Below are positions 17,801 through 29,600 of a stretch of 64,000 bases of DNA, in pieces. Made by a program: the position numbers and the translations under genes. How positions within the stretch are numbered: the stretch's first letter is position 1; each line of letters begins with the position of its first letter. The notes under the pieces were generated by a model. The model was not told the origin of the DNA and ran no database searches. It worked only from the letters and a program-made list of their open reading frames with translations. Source of the DNA: Kiritimatiellia bacterium (GTDB lineage Bacteria; Verrucomicrobiota; Kiritimatiellia; UBA8416; YA12-FULL-48-11). The DNA lies in assembly GCA_028716365.1 (NCBI GenBank), contig JAQUPZ010000002.1:449005-513004 (forward strand), given 5' to 3'.

Positions 17801-19570
17801 TTACTGAAGTTTTTCCAAGACTAATGATTCAAAATACATCAGGTAGTGACTGGTGGAGTTTTCAGGACGTAGTACCAAAACCCAGTCGCCACCTCGCTCG
17901 ATTTGAAATGTCCCTAAATCGAACATCTTATACTTGAACCAATCACCTGTTGGCTCCACGACAGCCGCAAGTGAATTCGAACCAAGCAACACCTGATATT
18001 TTGCCCCTTTCCATTCCGGCTGCGCAGAATAATTGATTTTTACGCGATAACATCCCGGAGTTTCCATCTTGAGATGCCAGCTGGCGGTATCTTCGGGCGC
18101 CGTCCACCTGGAGATATGGAAACCGCCAGTACGATTAAAACGTTTGGAGGCTTTACCCGCTGTTCTGGCGGTCAGATAATTCAACTGCAAAGGTTTTCCG
18201 TCCTTCTGAATCACAACCGGTGGTTCCACATTGAGTTTTCCTGTGATTTTAACCACGATTACCGTATCGGCAGGATGGGAGGGTCCAGCGGGAAGTTGGA
18301 TTGAAAGCGTGTCACCATCCTTTTTAAATGGAAGTCTACTGGACCGGTCGAGCAACGGATAAACCTCTGCGACTGCGTTTTTCAGTCCCGAAAGCTTCAA
18401 TGTTCGATCTTCAGGCCAGTCAAAAACATGAAGGTAGAGAATCTCACCTTTAACAGTACACCGGCCCCAGGAAATTTCAGGAAATGGACCGGCAGAAGCG
18501 CCGTAAATGCTCTCTGAATTTTTATTCATCCACGCACCAACCTGATCAAATACTTCGAGCGTGGGTTCCGGTATGCTCCCATCACCCATGGGCCCAATAT
18601 TCAGAAGATAGTTCCCCCCCTTGCTGACGATTTCCACCAAACGCCGGATAACCGTTTGGGAACTCTTCCAGTTATTGTCGAATTTATTGTAACCCCATGT
18701 TCCGTTGAGAGTCTGGGGCGTCTCCCAATATTCATCCAGTCCACCGGTCGGCATACCGTTATCACTCATGCTTTGGTAATCACCCATTAATTCCTGGCCA
18801 TAATTGCCGACACGACCGCTGATCAAACATCCTGGTTGTAATGAACGAGCCAATTCAACAAATTCCTGCGCCTGTTTCGGAGTGTACAGTCCCCGATCAA
18901 ACCAGATGAGCCCAACGGGACCATAGTTGGTTAAAAGTTCACGAACCTGCGGCTTTGACTTCTGTTCCAGATATTTCTCGAAGTTTTTCTTCGTCACATC
19001 GTAGTCCCAGTCATTGCCATAGGCATCGGGATCATTCCAATCCTCTCGATGCGAGTAATAAAAGCAAAACCGGATACCTTCCTGTTTACACGCCTGAGCC
19101 AGTTCCTTGAGTGGATCGCGCTTGAATGGCGTCCAGTCCACGATGTTGTATTTACTGACAGTGGATTGGTACATTGCAAAGCCGTCATGATGTTTGGCGG
19201 TGATCACAAGATACTTCATCCCTGCGCTTTTAGCCAGTCTGGCCCATTTGATGGCATCGAACTTCACAGGATTGAACTGATGTGCCAGTTCCCTGTATTC
19301 GGTCACCGGAATCTTGAATATCTGCATGATCCATTCGGCTACTTTTCCGTCGGGGACCTGATGGCCTTTCCATTCGCCAGCCAGGTTTGAATACGGACCC
19401 CAATGGATAAACATTCCGAATTTAGCTTCACGGAACCACTGCATACGATCACTGGAATCAGTCACTGCATCTTGAGGGAAAACATACGTGACAGGTAAAC
19501 CAAGCAAACAGTAACAAAAAATCAGAACAAATCTCAATGGACCAGTAATTCTCACTTTTCCCCTCCACAT
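17801..19570 (-). CDS. alpha-L-fucosidase (GH29) with signal peptide and C-terminal beta-sandwich domain
   Basis: KFGMFIHWGPYS and HHDGFAMYQS GH29 catalytic-domain motifs. N-terminal hydrophobic leader. Confidence 0.8.
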   Translation of the reverse strand: MWRGKVRITGPLRFVLIFCYCLLGLPVTYVFPQDAVTDSSDRMQWFREAKFGMFIHWGPYSNLAGEWKGHQVPDGKVAEWIMQIFKIPVTEYRELAHQFNPVKFDAIKWARLAKSAGMKYLVITAKHHDGFAMYQSTVSKYNIVDWTPFKRDPLKELAQACKQEGIRFCFYYSHREDWNDPDAYGNDWDYDVTKKNFEKYLEQKSKPQVRELLTNYGPVGLIWFDRGLYTPKQAQEFVELARSLQPGCLISGRVGNYGQELMGDYQSMSDNGMPTGGLDEYWETPQTLNGTWGYNKFDNNWKSSQTVIRRLVEIVSKGGNYLLNIGPMGDGSIPEPTLEVFDQVGAWMNKNSESIYGASAGPFPEISWGRCTVKGEILYLHVFDWPEDRTLKLSGLKNAVAEVYPLLDRSSRLPFKKDGDTLSIQLPAGPSHPADTVIVVKITGKLNVEPPVVIQKDGKPLQLNYLTARTAGKASKRFNRTGGFHISRWTAPEDTASWHLKMETPGCYRVKINYSAQPEWKGAKYQVLLGSNSLAAVVEPTGDWFKYKMFDLGTFQIERGGDWVLVLRPENSTSHYLMYFESLVLEKLQ

Positions 19571-19584
19571 AAGATTTTAAAAAC

Positions 19585-21654
19585 TTAATCTTTGGAATAC
19601 CGACTCCAATTTTCCTGTTTATCAATAACCCGTACTTTCGCACCCACGCCACAAGAATCATAACACTTCCTGGTCCATTCATATTCTTTCGGCATTTTGC
19701 CGATAAAAGTGATTGGCCTTGGGAATACCAGCGCGAGATTATGAGGGAGATCGCCGATCTTGAGAACATCAAGAAATTCCGGACCGCCATTCCAATGAGT
19801 AACAACCGGATCCTGTAATACGATTTCTTTAATTCCCGGATCAAGTACTGCCGCATAGATTGCCACTGCCGCTTCGGTACCCCGGCCATACACAACAATC
19901 TCTCCGACATTCGTCTCCTGCCGAAGCACTTGGATGGCGGTCAACAGGTCCAAGGTTTTCCGTTCGTAATACGTCTGACCTACAATTGGATAAGCACGCC
20001 GGGCTGTCCATTCGATACCTGGGCCAATTGAACTTCCTCCCGTTCCTCGAACCTCCACACAGGCATAACCCGCTGCATTTGTTCGAAATGATGAATTACC
20101 CGCCCCTTGGGCACAAAACGGACTTCGCACATCTGGTTGCATTGCCCCGACAACAAGCGGATATGGCCTTGGGCCTCCCATGGGAATCGCCAGTTGGGCA
20201 CGAATCAACATGCCGGGTTCCGAATGAAATTCGTAAGTGCGAAATTGACGACTGCCAGACTGTCCCTGACGCCTGCATGAATAGTCCGGAACATTAATAA
20301 CTTTCGGAATCTGCCGAAATGTCAATTCCCGCAATATTTTCAAGCACTGTTCCTGGTGTTTTTCCCACTCACCCCTGCCCTTCAGTTCCGGCAGACCAGG
20401 CAGAGGAATGAAGGACTTGTCCACCTCTTTTAACTTATCATCGGCAGGTGGTTTCATCTCCTTGTAAACGGCGAGGTCCTCGTCCTTTTCAGGATTTTCC
20501 GCAATATCATCTGTTACCAGTTTGTCCGATCCTTTCAGGTTTTTCTCGAACCAGTTGAAAACAGCAATACGCATTTTCGGCGAATAGCCATGCGGTGTGA
20601 CGGCCTCAACCAAATCGATCTTCTCTTCACAACCATAGAGAATATATAATTGCCGTGCCCGATGAACGAGATCGCGAAAAGCATATGGCCGGAAAAGAAC
20701 GTCTTCCGTTGCCGCACCAACGAGAAGTGCACGCGGCGCAATAAGACTGGCAAGGTCAGGAAAATCCCAGCCGTAGGTGTTTACCCAGTATGTGCAGTCA
20801 CAGTGTCCATCGATTGTTCTGTCACGAACATGCTGATACATGTTTCCAGTCTGGCAACACGGTACAACAACCTTGAAACGCGGGTCAGCCGCTCCCGTAA
20901 ACCATGACATTGTTCCACCGCCTGACAAGCCGGTGATACCGAGTTTTTCCGGATCAACTTCCGGACGCGCCTGGAGATAGTCCGCTGCGCGCATCGCCGC
21001 CCACACTTCGACACCAGCAGGTGAATATCCCTGGCTGTACCAATGCCACCAGTCCTTCGAATAAGTGCCATGATGGAAACCGCCGTTTTCGCCAACCTGG
21101 ATAGGGTCAAGAATCATCGCAACATACCCATGCTCGCCAAACCAGCGGGGATGAAACTGATAATGGAACTTACCTCTTTTGGAGTGTCCGCAAACATAAA
21201 CAACGGCAGGAAGTTTGCCCTTTACTTCTTTCGGACGGTACAGGTTTGCAGCAATCCTGCAACCGGGTACCGGTTGAAAATGCATTTTCTCTACCACGTA
21301 ACTGCCACGGTCAAGCGTACCGGTGATAGTGACCTTGAGATCGGTGCGTGGCGGCAAAGGATCGAGGCCAAGCATTTCCAGCCACTTCCGGCGCTTTTCC
21401 GGAAGCTGCTTCTCCCACGTTTCAAGGGGCGGAAATTCAAAGACTGATTGACTACTGACTTCCTGTGCACGCCTGACAAGACTGGAATATAACCCTGCCG
21501 GTTCTTCTTCAGCACAGGTCCATAAAGAAAAATCTCCGGGGAAAACAAGCATTACAACAACAGCAAAAAAAGATAAGCAGTTACTTCTTTGAGACGACCA
21601 GTACATAGTTCTCATAAACAGGCCTCCTTGATGTGAATTATAAGTAATTAGCAA
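19585..21654 (-). CDS. secreted two-domain alpha/beta-hydrolase (acetyl-xylan-esterase-like N-terminal domain; CocE/NonD-like VRGTGGS motif in C-terminal domain)
   Basis: GITGLSGGG (GxSxG nucleophile elbow), VYVCGHSKRG and VEVRGTGGS. A hydrophobic leader follows the internal Met (MRTMYW/MYWSSQ), so the true start may be ~21615. Confidence 0.6.
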   Translation of the reverse strand: MLITYNSHQGGLFMRTMYWSSQRSNCLSFFAVVVMLVFPGDFSLWTCAEEEPAGLYSSLVRRAQEVSSQSVFEFPPLETWEKQLPEKRRKWLEMLGLDPLPPRTDLKVTITGTLDRGSYVVEKMHFQPVPGCRIAANLYRPKEVKGKLPAVVYVCGHSKRGKFHYQFHPRWFGEHGYVAMILDPIQVGENGGFHHGTYSKDWWHWYSQGYSPAGVEVWAAMRAADYLQARPEVDPEKLGITGLSGGGTMSWFTGAADPRFKVVVPCCQTGNMYQHVRDRTIDGHCDCTYWVNTYGWDFPDLASLIAPRALLVGAATEDVLFRPYAFRDLVHRARQLYILYGCEEKIDLVEAVTPHGYSPKMRIAVFNWFEKNLKGSDKLVTDDIAENPEKDEDLAVYKEMKPPADDKLKEVDKSFIPLPGLPELKGRGEWEKHQEQCLKILRELTFRQIPKVINVPDYSCRRQGQSGSRQFRTYEFHSEPGMLIRAQLAIPMGGPRPYPLVVGAMQPDVRSPFCAQGAGNSSFRTNAAGYACVEVRGTGGSSIGPGIEWTARRAYPIVGQTYYERKTLDLLTAIQVLRQETNVGEIVVYGRGTEAAVAIYAAVLDPGIKEIVLQDPVVTHWNGGPEFLDVLKIGDLPHNLALVFPRPITFIGKMPKEYEWTRKCYDSCGVGAKVRVIDKQENWSRYSKD

Positions 21655-21707
21655 ATTAAGATGGATAATGTAAAGGCTGTCAAATAGATGAATTTACAGT
21701 TACCACG

Positions 21708-22712
21708 TTATGGGGCACGATCCAGGCGCAACACTGCCGCCAGCAGGGCCTGTGCGGTCATTCTCACGTTTACGATGTCTACACGCTCCGGTTTGTCGCC
21801 AGCCTCGTGATACGCGGCATCGGTGAAAGGATATGAACCAATGTTGACAACCGCGCATCCATACCCGGAATTGACAAACGAACCATCATCATCACCGGGC
21901 CTTTTCCGCTGTTGCGAGGATTGTACCAGTCCGATTTTGTAAGTCTCATTAACTTCCGCCATCAGATCAGCAAACCGTTTACCTTCGGGCATAGTATAGA
22001 GCGTAACGTTCGTTTTGCGGCCAGCCGCTATGTCCTCGTCTGATTTACCACCTATGGCGTCTGTATTAAAAATAGCGATAAGGTTGTCGCCACGTTGATG
22101 GCAATTGGTCGCAGCCGTGATACTGGTCCATGGCCTGTGTTCCTCGTTACACCACAAGAACCAGATGGACCGTTCACTCTGGTACTTTTCCAGTACACGC
22201 GCAATTTCAAGCAATGCGGCCGTACCAACGGCATTATCATAAGTACCCGGTGAATCAATCCAGCTTGGCGAATCCTTGTGCGCAATCAATAGAATGATTT
22301 CTTTCGGACAACGACGACCTGTCTTCTTCACGTAGAGGTTATGGACCTTGTAGAAAGGCGCGTTGGTAGGCGGCGGTGCGTAGGTGTGATGTCTCTTTTT
22401 TTTAAAATCACAACTGAACGCCTGTGCTTCACACGCCTCACGTTCTACTTTATAATTCCAATTCTGTAATTGACCCTCAAGCCAGGCGTCCGTTTCATCT
22501 AACGAATTCAGCGGGTGACCAGCTACAGCGTAGTTTGCCTTTCGGAATGGTAAAGGATCTTTGCTCAGATAAAAAACATCGTGACTCAAATTTGAATCGG
22601 TGATTTTCTCGAGAAAACCGGGAATAATGTCTTTTTCGGCAGCGGACGACGACACAAGCACCAAAGCCCAAATTACTGCCCCGTAAAAACTGCATATCTT
22701 TTTCCAGTTCAT
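21708..22712 (-). CDS. M28-family zinc aminopeptidase, secreted
   Basis: HKDSPSWIDSPGTYDNAVGTAALLE (HxD...DNxSG), NEEH and DDGSF metal-ligand motifs. Signal peptide. Confidence 0.75.
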   Translation of the reverse strand: MNWKKICSFYGAVIWALVLVSSSAAEKDIIPGFLEKITDSNLSHDVFYLSKDPLPFRKANYAVAGHPLNSLDETDAWLEGQLQNWNYKVEREACEAQAFSCDFKKKRHHTYAPPPTNAPFYKVHNLYVKKTGRRCPKEIILLIAHKDSPSWIDSPGTYDNAVGTAALLEIARVLEKYQSERSIWFLWCNEEHRPWTSITAATNCHQRGDNLIAIFNTDAIGGKSDEDIAAGRKTNVTLYTMPEGKRFADLMAEVNETYKIGLVQSSQQRKRPGDDDGSFVNSGYGCAVVNIGSYPFTDAAYHEAGDKPERVDIVNVRMTAQALLAAVLRLDRAP

Positions 22713-22825
22713 GCACTAAACCTGTTATTACTTCTACGCAAAAGAATTCCCGCCAAAGTCCCGGGCAAGTAGAGTATTTAACCACAATGGTGACCAACAG
22801 TCACCTGAAACATTGATAACTCATG

Positions 22826-23458
22826 TCAGTTAATATTTCTACTATCCAAGACATCAGCTATAATTGTCAGTTCCTGAAGCAACATACGCAGACGATCAGG
22901 CCGTGCAAGAACAGCTTTGAAACTTTTTGTTGACCTGAGCGTTCCTTTACCAACACCAAATCCTTCTAACCCCGATTCGAAAACAAGATAACGTACGGCT
23001 TCGGCAAGTCTGCGGTCCGAACGGACAAGCCTGACAAAGTTGTCCTGATCTTCACCAACAACATACGCCGTCCTGGACCGCAGATCAACTTCGATTGCCC
23101 TGGAAAAGAGACACGTTTTTGACAATTTATCCAACATGAATACGAATGTCTTTGGAGCAACAAGGAATTGCATCTGACAGTTGGTCAATGAGACCGTTAC
23201 ACCGAAGTCTGCGCTGGATCCATTGACAGAATGGCTGCTTTTTATTGAAAATGAAAAATCCCGTTCTTTGTGTTTACACTTCAGAAGAAGGTTCTTTCCC
23301 AAACCAAAGGTGGACTCGTCAGACAATATACCGTGCAATAATTGCGTAGCCTCACGAAAATCGGCGGCGGCCCTGGTGGTTCTTTCACGGATAGTGACAG
23401 TAATCACAAAAATACCTAGGCCGGCGATCAAAAAACAAATGATATAAACCGTAAGCAT
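22826..23458 (-). CDS. hypothetical N-terminally membrane-anchored protein, divergent from the giant coiled-coil gene
   Basis: One N-terminal TM (MLTVYIICFLIAGLGIFVITVTI), then a 180-aa soluble domain with no recognisable family. Confidence 0.5.
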   Translation of the reverse strand: MLTVYIICFLIAGLGIFVITVTIRERTTRAAADFREATQLLHGILSDESTFGLGKNLLLKCKHKERDFSFSIKSSHSVNGSSADFGVTVSLTNCQMQFLVAPKTFVFMLDKLSKTCLFSRAIEVDLRSRTAYVVGEDQDNFVRLVRSDRRLAEAVRYLVFESGLEGFGVGKGTLRSTKSFKAVLARPDRLRMLLQELTIIADVLDSRNIN

Positions 23459-23688
23459 GCGAAATCCTTTGTATTTACAGAAGTCTAGTCAGGTCACGTT
23501 TTTGTGTCAATGTGGCTAAGGAATTTACTGCATTTTTCGGAAAAATACTCTGTCTCAAATTTAAATTGTTCAGGTAAAGTACCCACGATCCCCTTCTACC
23601 TCTGGAATTTCGGCAAAGAACATTACATTTGCACTTTTTATTCAATGCTGTTTGAATATACCAAAGTAACTGTAATGAGGCATTATTT

Positions 23689-26600
23689 ATGTCCAGAGTT
23701 CATGAATTTCTGCGGGGTGACAAGAAGCAGTTTCTCCGTAAATGGCATCTGAAAATACACGACGGGACAATCTACGGCCCGGTTGATATTTCGACTCTTT
23801 GCGCATGGGCCGCTCAGAGCCGTATAGCACCGGGTAACCTCATTTCAGAAGACAGGACAGAATGGTTTCCGGTACAGAATCTACCTGAGTTAAAAATGGA
23901 ATGGCAGGCTCGCCTTCCGAATAGTGAGACATATGGTCCGTTCAACGTCCTTGCCGTGCCTCACCTCGTTAAAAATGGAATCTTACCAGCTGAATCAACG
24001 TTGACTAACAATGTTTCCGGCAAGACACTTCAAGTCAAAGAACTTCTCAAGTCGACAACAAGTTCATCGACGGAACAACTGTACAAGTTGTCAACAGGGC
24101 AAACTGCAAAAGCACCGGAAGAACAGAAGAAACTGGATACGGATTCCCCCATGTTTCGCGAAACGGAAAGCCATCGGACTATCGGTACGATAACGCACCG
24201 CCAACCGGAATCTGTGGAAATCAAATCACCGAACCAGCAGGAATCTGGAAAATTTTCAGGCAAATCGAAATCTGTTCCTGAAGATTCCACATCCGAAGTA
24301 AACAAACTCAACGACAAGTTATCCAAACTCCACGAGGACAGTGAACGGATCAAAGCCCAGCTCGAAGTCACCGAAAAAGAACTTGTTACAGCGAAAAAAG
24401 AAAAAGAACACCTCGACAAACAAGCCATCGGACGGGAAAAACAACTGAAGGACCAGCTTGACAAGACTGAAAAGGAACTGCGGCTGACACGCGAAGAACT
24501 CTCCTCCGTAAGACAGAAAGTCAGTGAAGATACAAAGAGCGTTGACAACGTCGTAAAACTGGCGGTCAAGAAGGAACAGGATCTGAACAGAGCTCTGGAA
24601 GAGACTCGCAGAAAAGCCGAAGCTGACGCTGCCCTCCTCTATAAAGTCAAAACACAGCTCGAAGAAGTAAAGAACCAGAAATCCGAGATACAAAACCGTA
24701 CATCGCAGGAAGAAACCAGGCTCAAGGTACGTGTGCAGGACCTGGAAAAACAGATCCACATACTGAACACAGAAACACAAACACACAAAACCCAATACCA
24801 GACTCTTGAGAAAGATGCACAGTCACGGCAGGAGAAAATTCAATTACAGCTTGGCCAATTCAAGGAAAAGGCTGACGCTGCTGTAATAGAAATCGGGAGG
24901 CTGAAGAAGGAACTCGATGCCCAGAGATCACTCAATGTCGATATGACCAAGGTTGGAAGCGAAAAGGAATCCGCCCTTATCCTTGAAACACGCACGGCAA
25001 AGTCAGCCATGGCCAAAGCTGAGAATGAACTTGCCGCCTTGAGAAAACAGTTTGAAAACCTCAGGAACCAGAGCAGCCACAAGGAAACAGAACTCCAGCA
25101 ACGTATTGACCAGCTTAATAATGAATCGCGCAATACGTCAGTCACCATCGACAACCTGAAGAAAGAACTGGCGGCCCAGAACGAAGAATGCCGTACGCTT
25201 GAAAAACGCGCTAAGAATTTCGAAACTGACGTCGAAAAAACACAGGGAATAATCAGACAATTACAGGAAGACCGTACAGCACTTGAAGCAAGGAACAAGA
25301 AGCAGATCGAAGAACTTTCAAAGTACAAAGCAGACCTCGAGACAGAAAAGAACAGCCATACTGATATCCATACACGATCCCTGGAAGAAAAAAAACAACT
25401 CATCGCCAAGCTTGAACAATTACAGGCAGATAACAACAACATAACGGCAAAACTTCAGGACAACGAGAAGCAACTTGCCTTACAGAAACAGGAAAACGAC
25501 AAGGTTCGGGTGCAGATAGTTACCAAGGATGAGCAATTTGCCTCCCGGATTGATCAACTTAAGAGTGAACTTCAAACCGCTGTGCTTGAACTTAATGCCG
25601 CCAAACAGAAACATCTTGAGGAACGCAGAAACCTGGAATCACTGGAGAAACAGGCCCGCGCGAAGGAACAGGAAGCCCGTCACCTGCTTGACAAAACATC
25701 TGCCATCTCTGAATCAAAATCCTCACAACTTGAAAAAACAAAGAAAGAACTGGCCGACGCACTGGACGCCTTCGCCAGAATACAGGAACAGCATTCAAAA
25801 ACCAAAACACAGCTCGAAGAAGTAAAGAACCAGAAAACCGAGATACAAAACCGCACATCGCAGGAAGAAACCAGGCTCAAGGTACGTGTGCAGGACCTGG
25901 AAAAACAGATCCACATACTGAACACAGAAACACAAACACACAAAACCCAATACCAGACTCTTGAGAAAGATGCACAGTCACGGCAGGAGAAAATTCAATT
26001 ACAGCTTGGCCAATTCAAGGAAAAAGCTGACGCTGCTATAATAGAAATCGGGAGGCTGAAGAAGGAACTCGATGCCCAGAGATCCCTCAATGTCGATATG
26101 GCGAAGGTCGGAAACGAAAAGGAATCAGCCCTTATCCTTGAAACACGCACGGCAAAGTCAGCCATGGCCAAAGCTGAGAATGAACTTGCCACCTTGAGAA
26201 AACAGTTTGAAAATCTCAGGAACCAGAGCAGCCACAAGGAAACAGAACTCCAGCAACGTATTGACCAGCTTAATAATGAATCACGTAATTCGTCAGTCAC
26301 CATCGACAACCTGAAGAAAGAACTGGCGGCCCAGAACGAAGAATGCCGTACGCTTGAAAAACGCGCTAAGAATTTCGAAACTGATGTCGAAAAAACGCAG
26401 GGGATAATCAGGCAATTACAGGAAGACCGTACAGCGCTTGAAGCAAAGAACAAGAAGCAGATCGAAGAACTTTCAAAGTACAAAGCAGACCTCGAGACAG
26501 AAAAGAACAGCCATGCCGATGTCCGTACGCGATCCCTGGAAGAAAAGAACCAACTCATCGCCAGGCTTGAACAGTTACGGGCAGACAACAACAACATAAC

Positions 26601-29600
26601 AGCAAAACTTCAGGACAACGAGAAGCAACTTGCCTCGCAGAAAGAAGAATGCCTCAAACTTGAGAAACGTGCCAAGAATTTCGAAACTGACGCCGAAAAT
26701 ATGCAGGGGACAATCAGGCAATTACAGGAAGACCGTACAGCGCTTGACGCAAAGAACAAGAAGCAGATCGAAGAACTTTCAAAGTACAAAGCAGACCTCG
26801 AGACAGAAAAGAACAGCCATGCCGATGTCCACACGCAATCCCTGGAAGAAAAGAACCAACTCATTGCCAAGCTCGAACAGTTACAGGCAGACAACAACGA
26901 CATAACAGCAAAACTTCAGGACAACGAGAAACAACTTGCCTTGCAGAAACAGGAAAACGACAAGGTTCAGACCCAGACAGTCGCCAAGGATGAACAATAT
27001 GCCAGGCAAATCGATCAACTTAACCATGAATTACAAACCGTTATTTTTGATCTCAATGCCGCCAAGCAGACACATCTTGAGGAACGCAGGCATCTGGAAT
27101 CACTCGAAAAAGAAGCCCGTGCAAAAGAACAGGAAACTCTCCGTCTGCTCAACGAAACATCAGCCGGTTTTGAAGCAAAACACACAGAGCTTGAAATAAC
27201 AAAGAAGGAACTTGCCGATGCACTGGACGCCTTTGCCAGAATGCAGGAACAACATGTAAAAGTTGAGGCCGACCTCAGGCAAAATCTCGAAGAGAAGGAA
27301 AGCAATATCTCAGAGGTTGAAAAATCATTAGATGATTTGAAGAAAGAACTTGCCAGGCAAAAAGAACACTACGAAGCCGTTCTCGAAGGTGAAATGCAAA
27401 GGGGAAAGAACTTTGCAAGCAATGCTTCAATGTTAGAAGAGAAACTCCAATCGGAATCCAGCATACTTGCGGAAACCAACAGAAAACTTGCCGAAATACA
27501 GGATATGCTCAACAGGGAACAGGACCGTTTCAAGAACGAGAAGGCGGGACTGGAACAAACCATCAGCCAGTTACAGGAGGATAAATCCAAAACCGAGAAA
27601 ACCGTTGAATCACTGGAGGAACAGATCCGTGAAGGGGAACAGGAAACTCTCCGTCTGCTCAACGAAACATCAGCCGGTTTTGAAGCAAAACACACAGAAC
27701 TTGAAATAACAAAGAAGGAACTTGCCGATGCCCTGGCTTCTATCATGCAAATGCAGGAACAACACGCAAAAGTTGAGGCCGGTCTCAGGCAAAATCTCGA
27801 AGAGAAGGAAAGCAATATCTCAGAGGTTGAAAAATCATTAGATGATTTGAAGAAAGAACTTGTCAGGCAAAAAGAACACTACGAAGCCGTACTCGAAGGC
27901 GAAATACAAAGGGAAAAGAACCTCGAAATCAGTACTTCTGCATTAGAAGGAAGGTTCCAATCCGAATCCAACATGCTTGCCGAAATCAGGGGAAAACTTG
28001 CAGAGACACAGAACCTGCTCGAAAAGGAACAGAACCGTTTTGAGGCAGAAAAGACGGAACTGAAACAAACCATCAACCAGTTACAGAAGGATAAATCCAA
28101 AACCGAGAGAACCGTTGAATCACTGGAGAAACAGGCACATACGAAGGAACAGGAAATCCGTCTAATATTCGAAGAAATGTCCAACCGTTATGAAGCAAAA
28201 CACACAGAGTTTGAAACAACAAAGAAAGAACTTACCGACGCCCTGGCTTCTATTGGACACATAAAGGAACAACATTCAAAAGTCGAGACCGACCTCAGAC
28301 AAAACCTCAAGGAACAAGGAAACAAAATCTCAGAGATTGAAAAATCATTAGACGATTCAACGAAAGCGCTCGCAAAACAAAAAGCACATTACGAACTCAT
28401 CATCGAGGACGAACGACAAAAAGGAAAGAACCTCGCAAGTAACGTTTCAATGCTCGAAGAAAAACTCCAATCGGAATCCAATAAACTTGCGGAAACCAAC
28501 AGAAAACTTGCCGAAATACAGGATATGTTCAACAAGGAACAGGACCGTTTCAAGAACGAGAAGGAGGAACTGGAACAATCCGTCGTCAGCTTCCTGCAGG
28601 ATAAATTGAAAGTTGCAGAAATTACGGAATCGCTGGAAAAGAAACTTGAAAAATTGGAAAGTGATTTCACGGCCAAGGAAACTCTGCTGTCAGAAACAAA
28701 GAAAGCACTCGAAAGAGAACGAACACAATGCCTGGATATTTCATTATCAAGCACAAGCAAGGAAGCCGAATTGCAGAAAAGGATCAACGAAATTCAGCAA
28801 AACCTTGATAGACAGAAACAACTCCTCGAACGTACTGAGCAGAAAGATTCTGTAAAAATCAATGAAATGAGCGGCAGAATAAAAGAACTCGAAGAAACAT
28901 CCGCCGCCAACACGAAACAATACGAGCATAACCTTAAAGAAGAGCAGAAACAGAACAAGTCTCTGCAAAAAGAATTGAGCAAACTCCAGGAACGACAAAA
29001 GGCGATCGAAGCAACTGCAACAGGTGAAAAAGCAAAGACTGGAGCTGGCTTACTATTGCCGCAGACAGGACTCTTCTCTCTAACTAACCGTTATTCGACG
29101 ACCACAAGGATTGCAGCAGTATTGTTAATCCTGGCAGTATGTTCAATCGGTATGTTCACTATAGGCATACATAGAGGACGTATCAAGGCTCAGGCACTGG
29201 TACAGGCTCAGTATGACCAACAGAACGATCGACAGGTTGCAGCGGATACCATTGTGCAAAGCAACCAGACAACTGTGGCCGTACAGCCAAAAATCGCGCC
29301 TCCCCGTATCAACGTGGAACGCACAATAACCACCTATACAGAAAAGTCATGTGTGATTGTTTTTGATTTCGGACTTTTCAACATGAGAACAAATCTTACG
29401 AACGATGCGGAAGATACTCTTGAGGCGGTGGCTTCACAAATCCGCAAGTCGATGAATGATTACATGCTTATCATAGAAGGACATTCAGACACAATGAAGG
29501 CGAGTTCAGACAAAACTGTTGCAGACAACCAGACTCTCGGCATGGCAAGAGCAAACAAGGTTCTCGATATACTGAAGAACAAGTTCGACCTGCCGGGAGA

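Noticed and set aside
19458-19910. 150-aa minus-strand ORF bridging the fucosidase start and esterase end
   Set aside because: Overlaps two well-supported genes in alternative frames. No signals or family similarity.
24649-28656. Regularly spaced repeats that might be mistaken for a CRISPR array
   Set aside because: The units are 306-1155 bp. They lie in frame within one protein-coding ORF with no short unique spacers and no cas genes nearby. They are coding coiled-coil repeats, not CRISPR.
24030-28787. Many minus-strand ORFs of 100-200 aa rich in S, L, F, C (e.g. 24030-24569, 24840-25442, 25995-26597, 27369-27815, 28389-28787), two of them nearly identical
   Set aside because: They lie antisense to the giant coiled-coil gene. 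The reverse complement of GAA/AAG/CAG-rich heptad codons automatically yields long stop-free Ser/Leu/Phe frames. Their duplication simply mirrors the sense-strand tandem repeat. No RBS or independent signals were seen.
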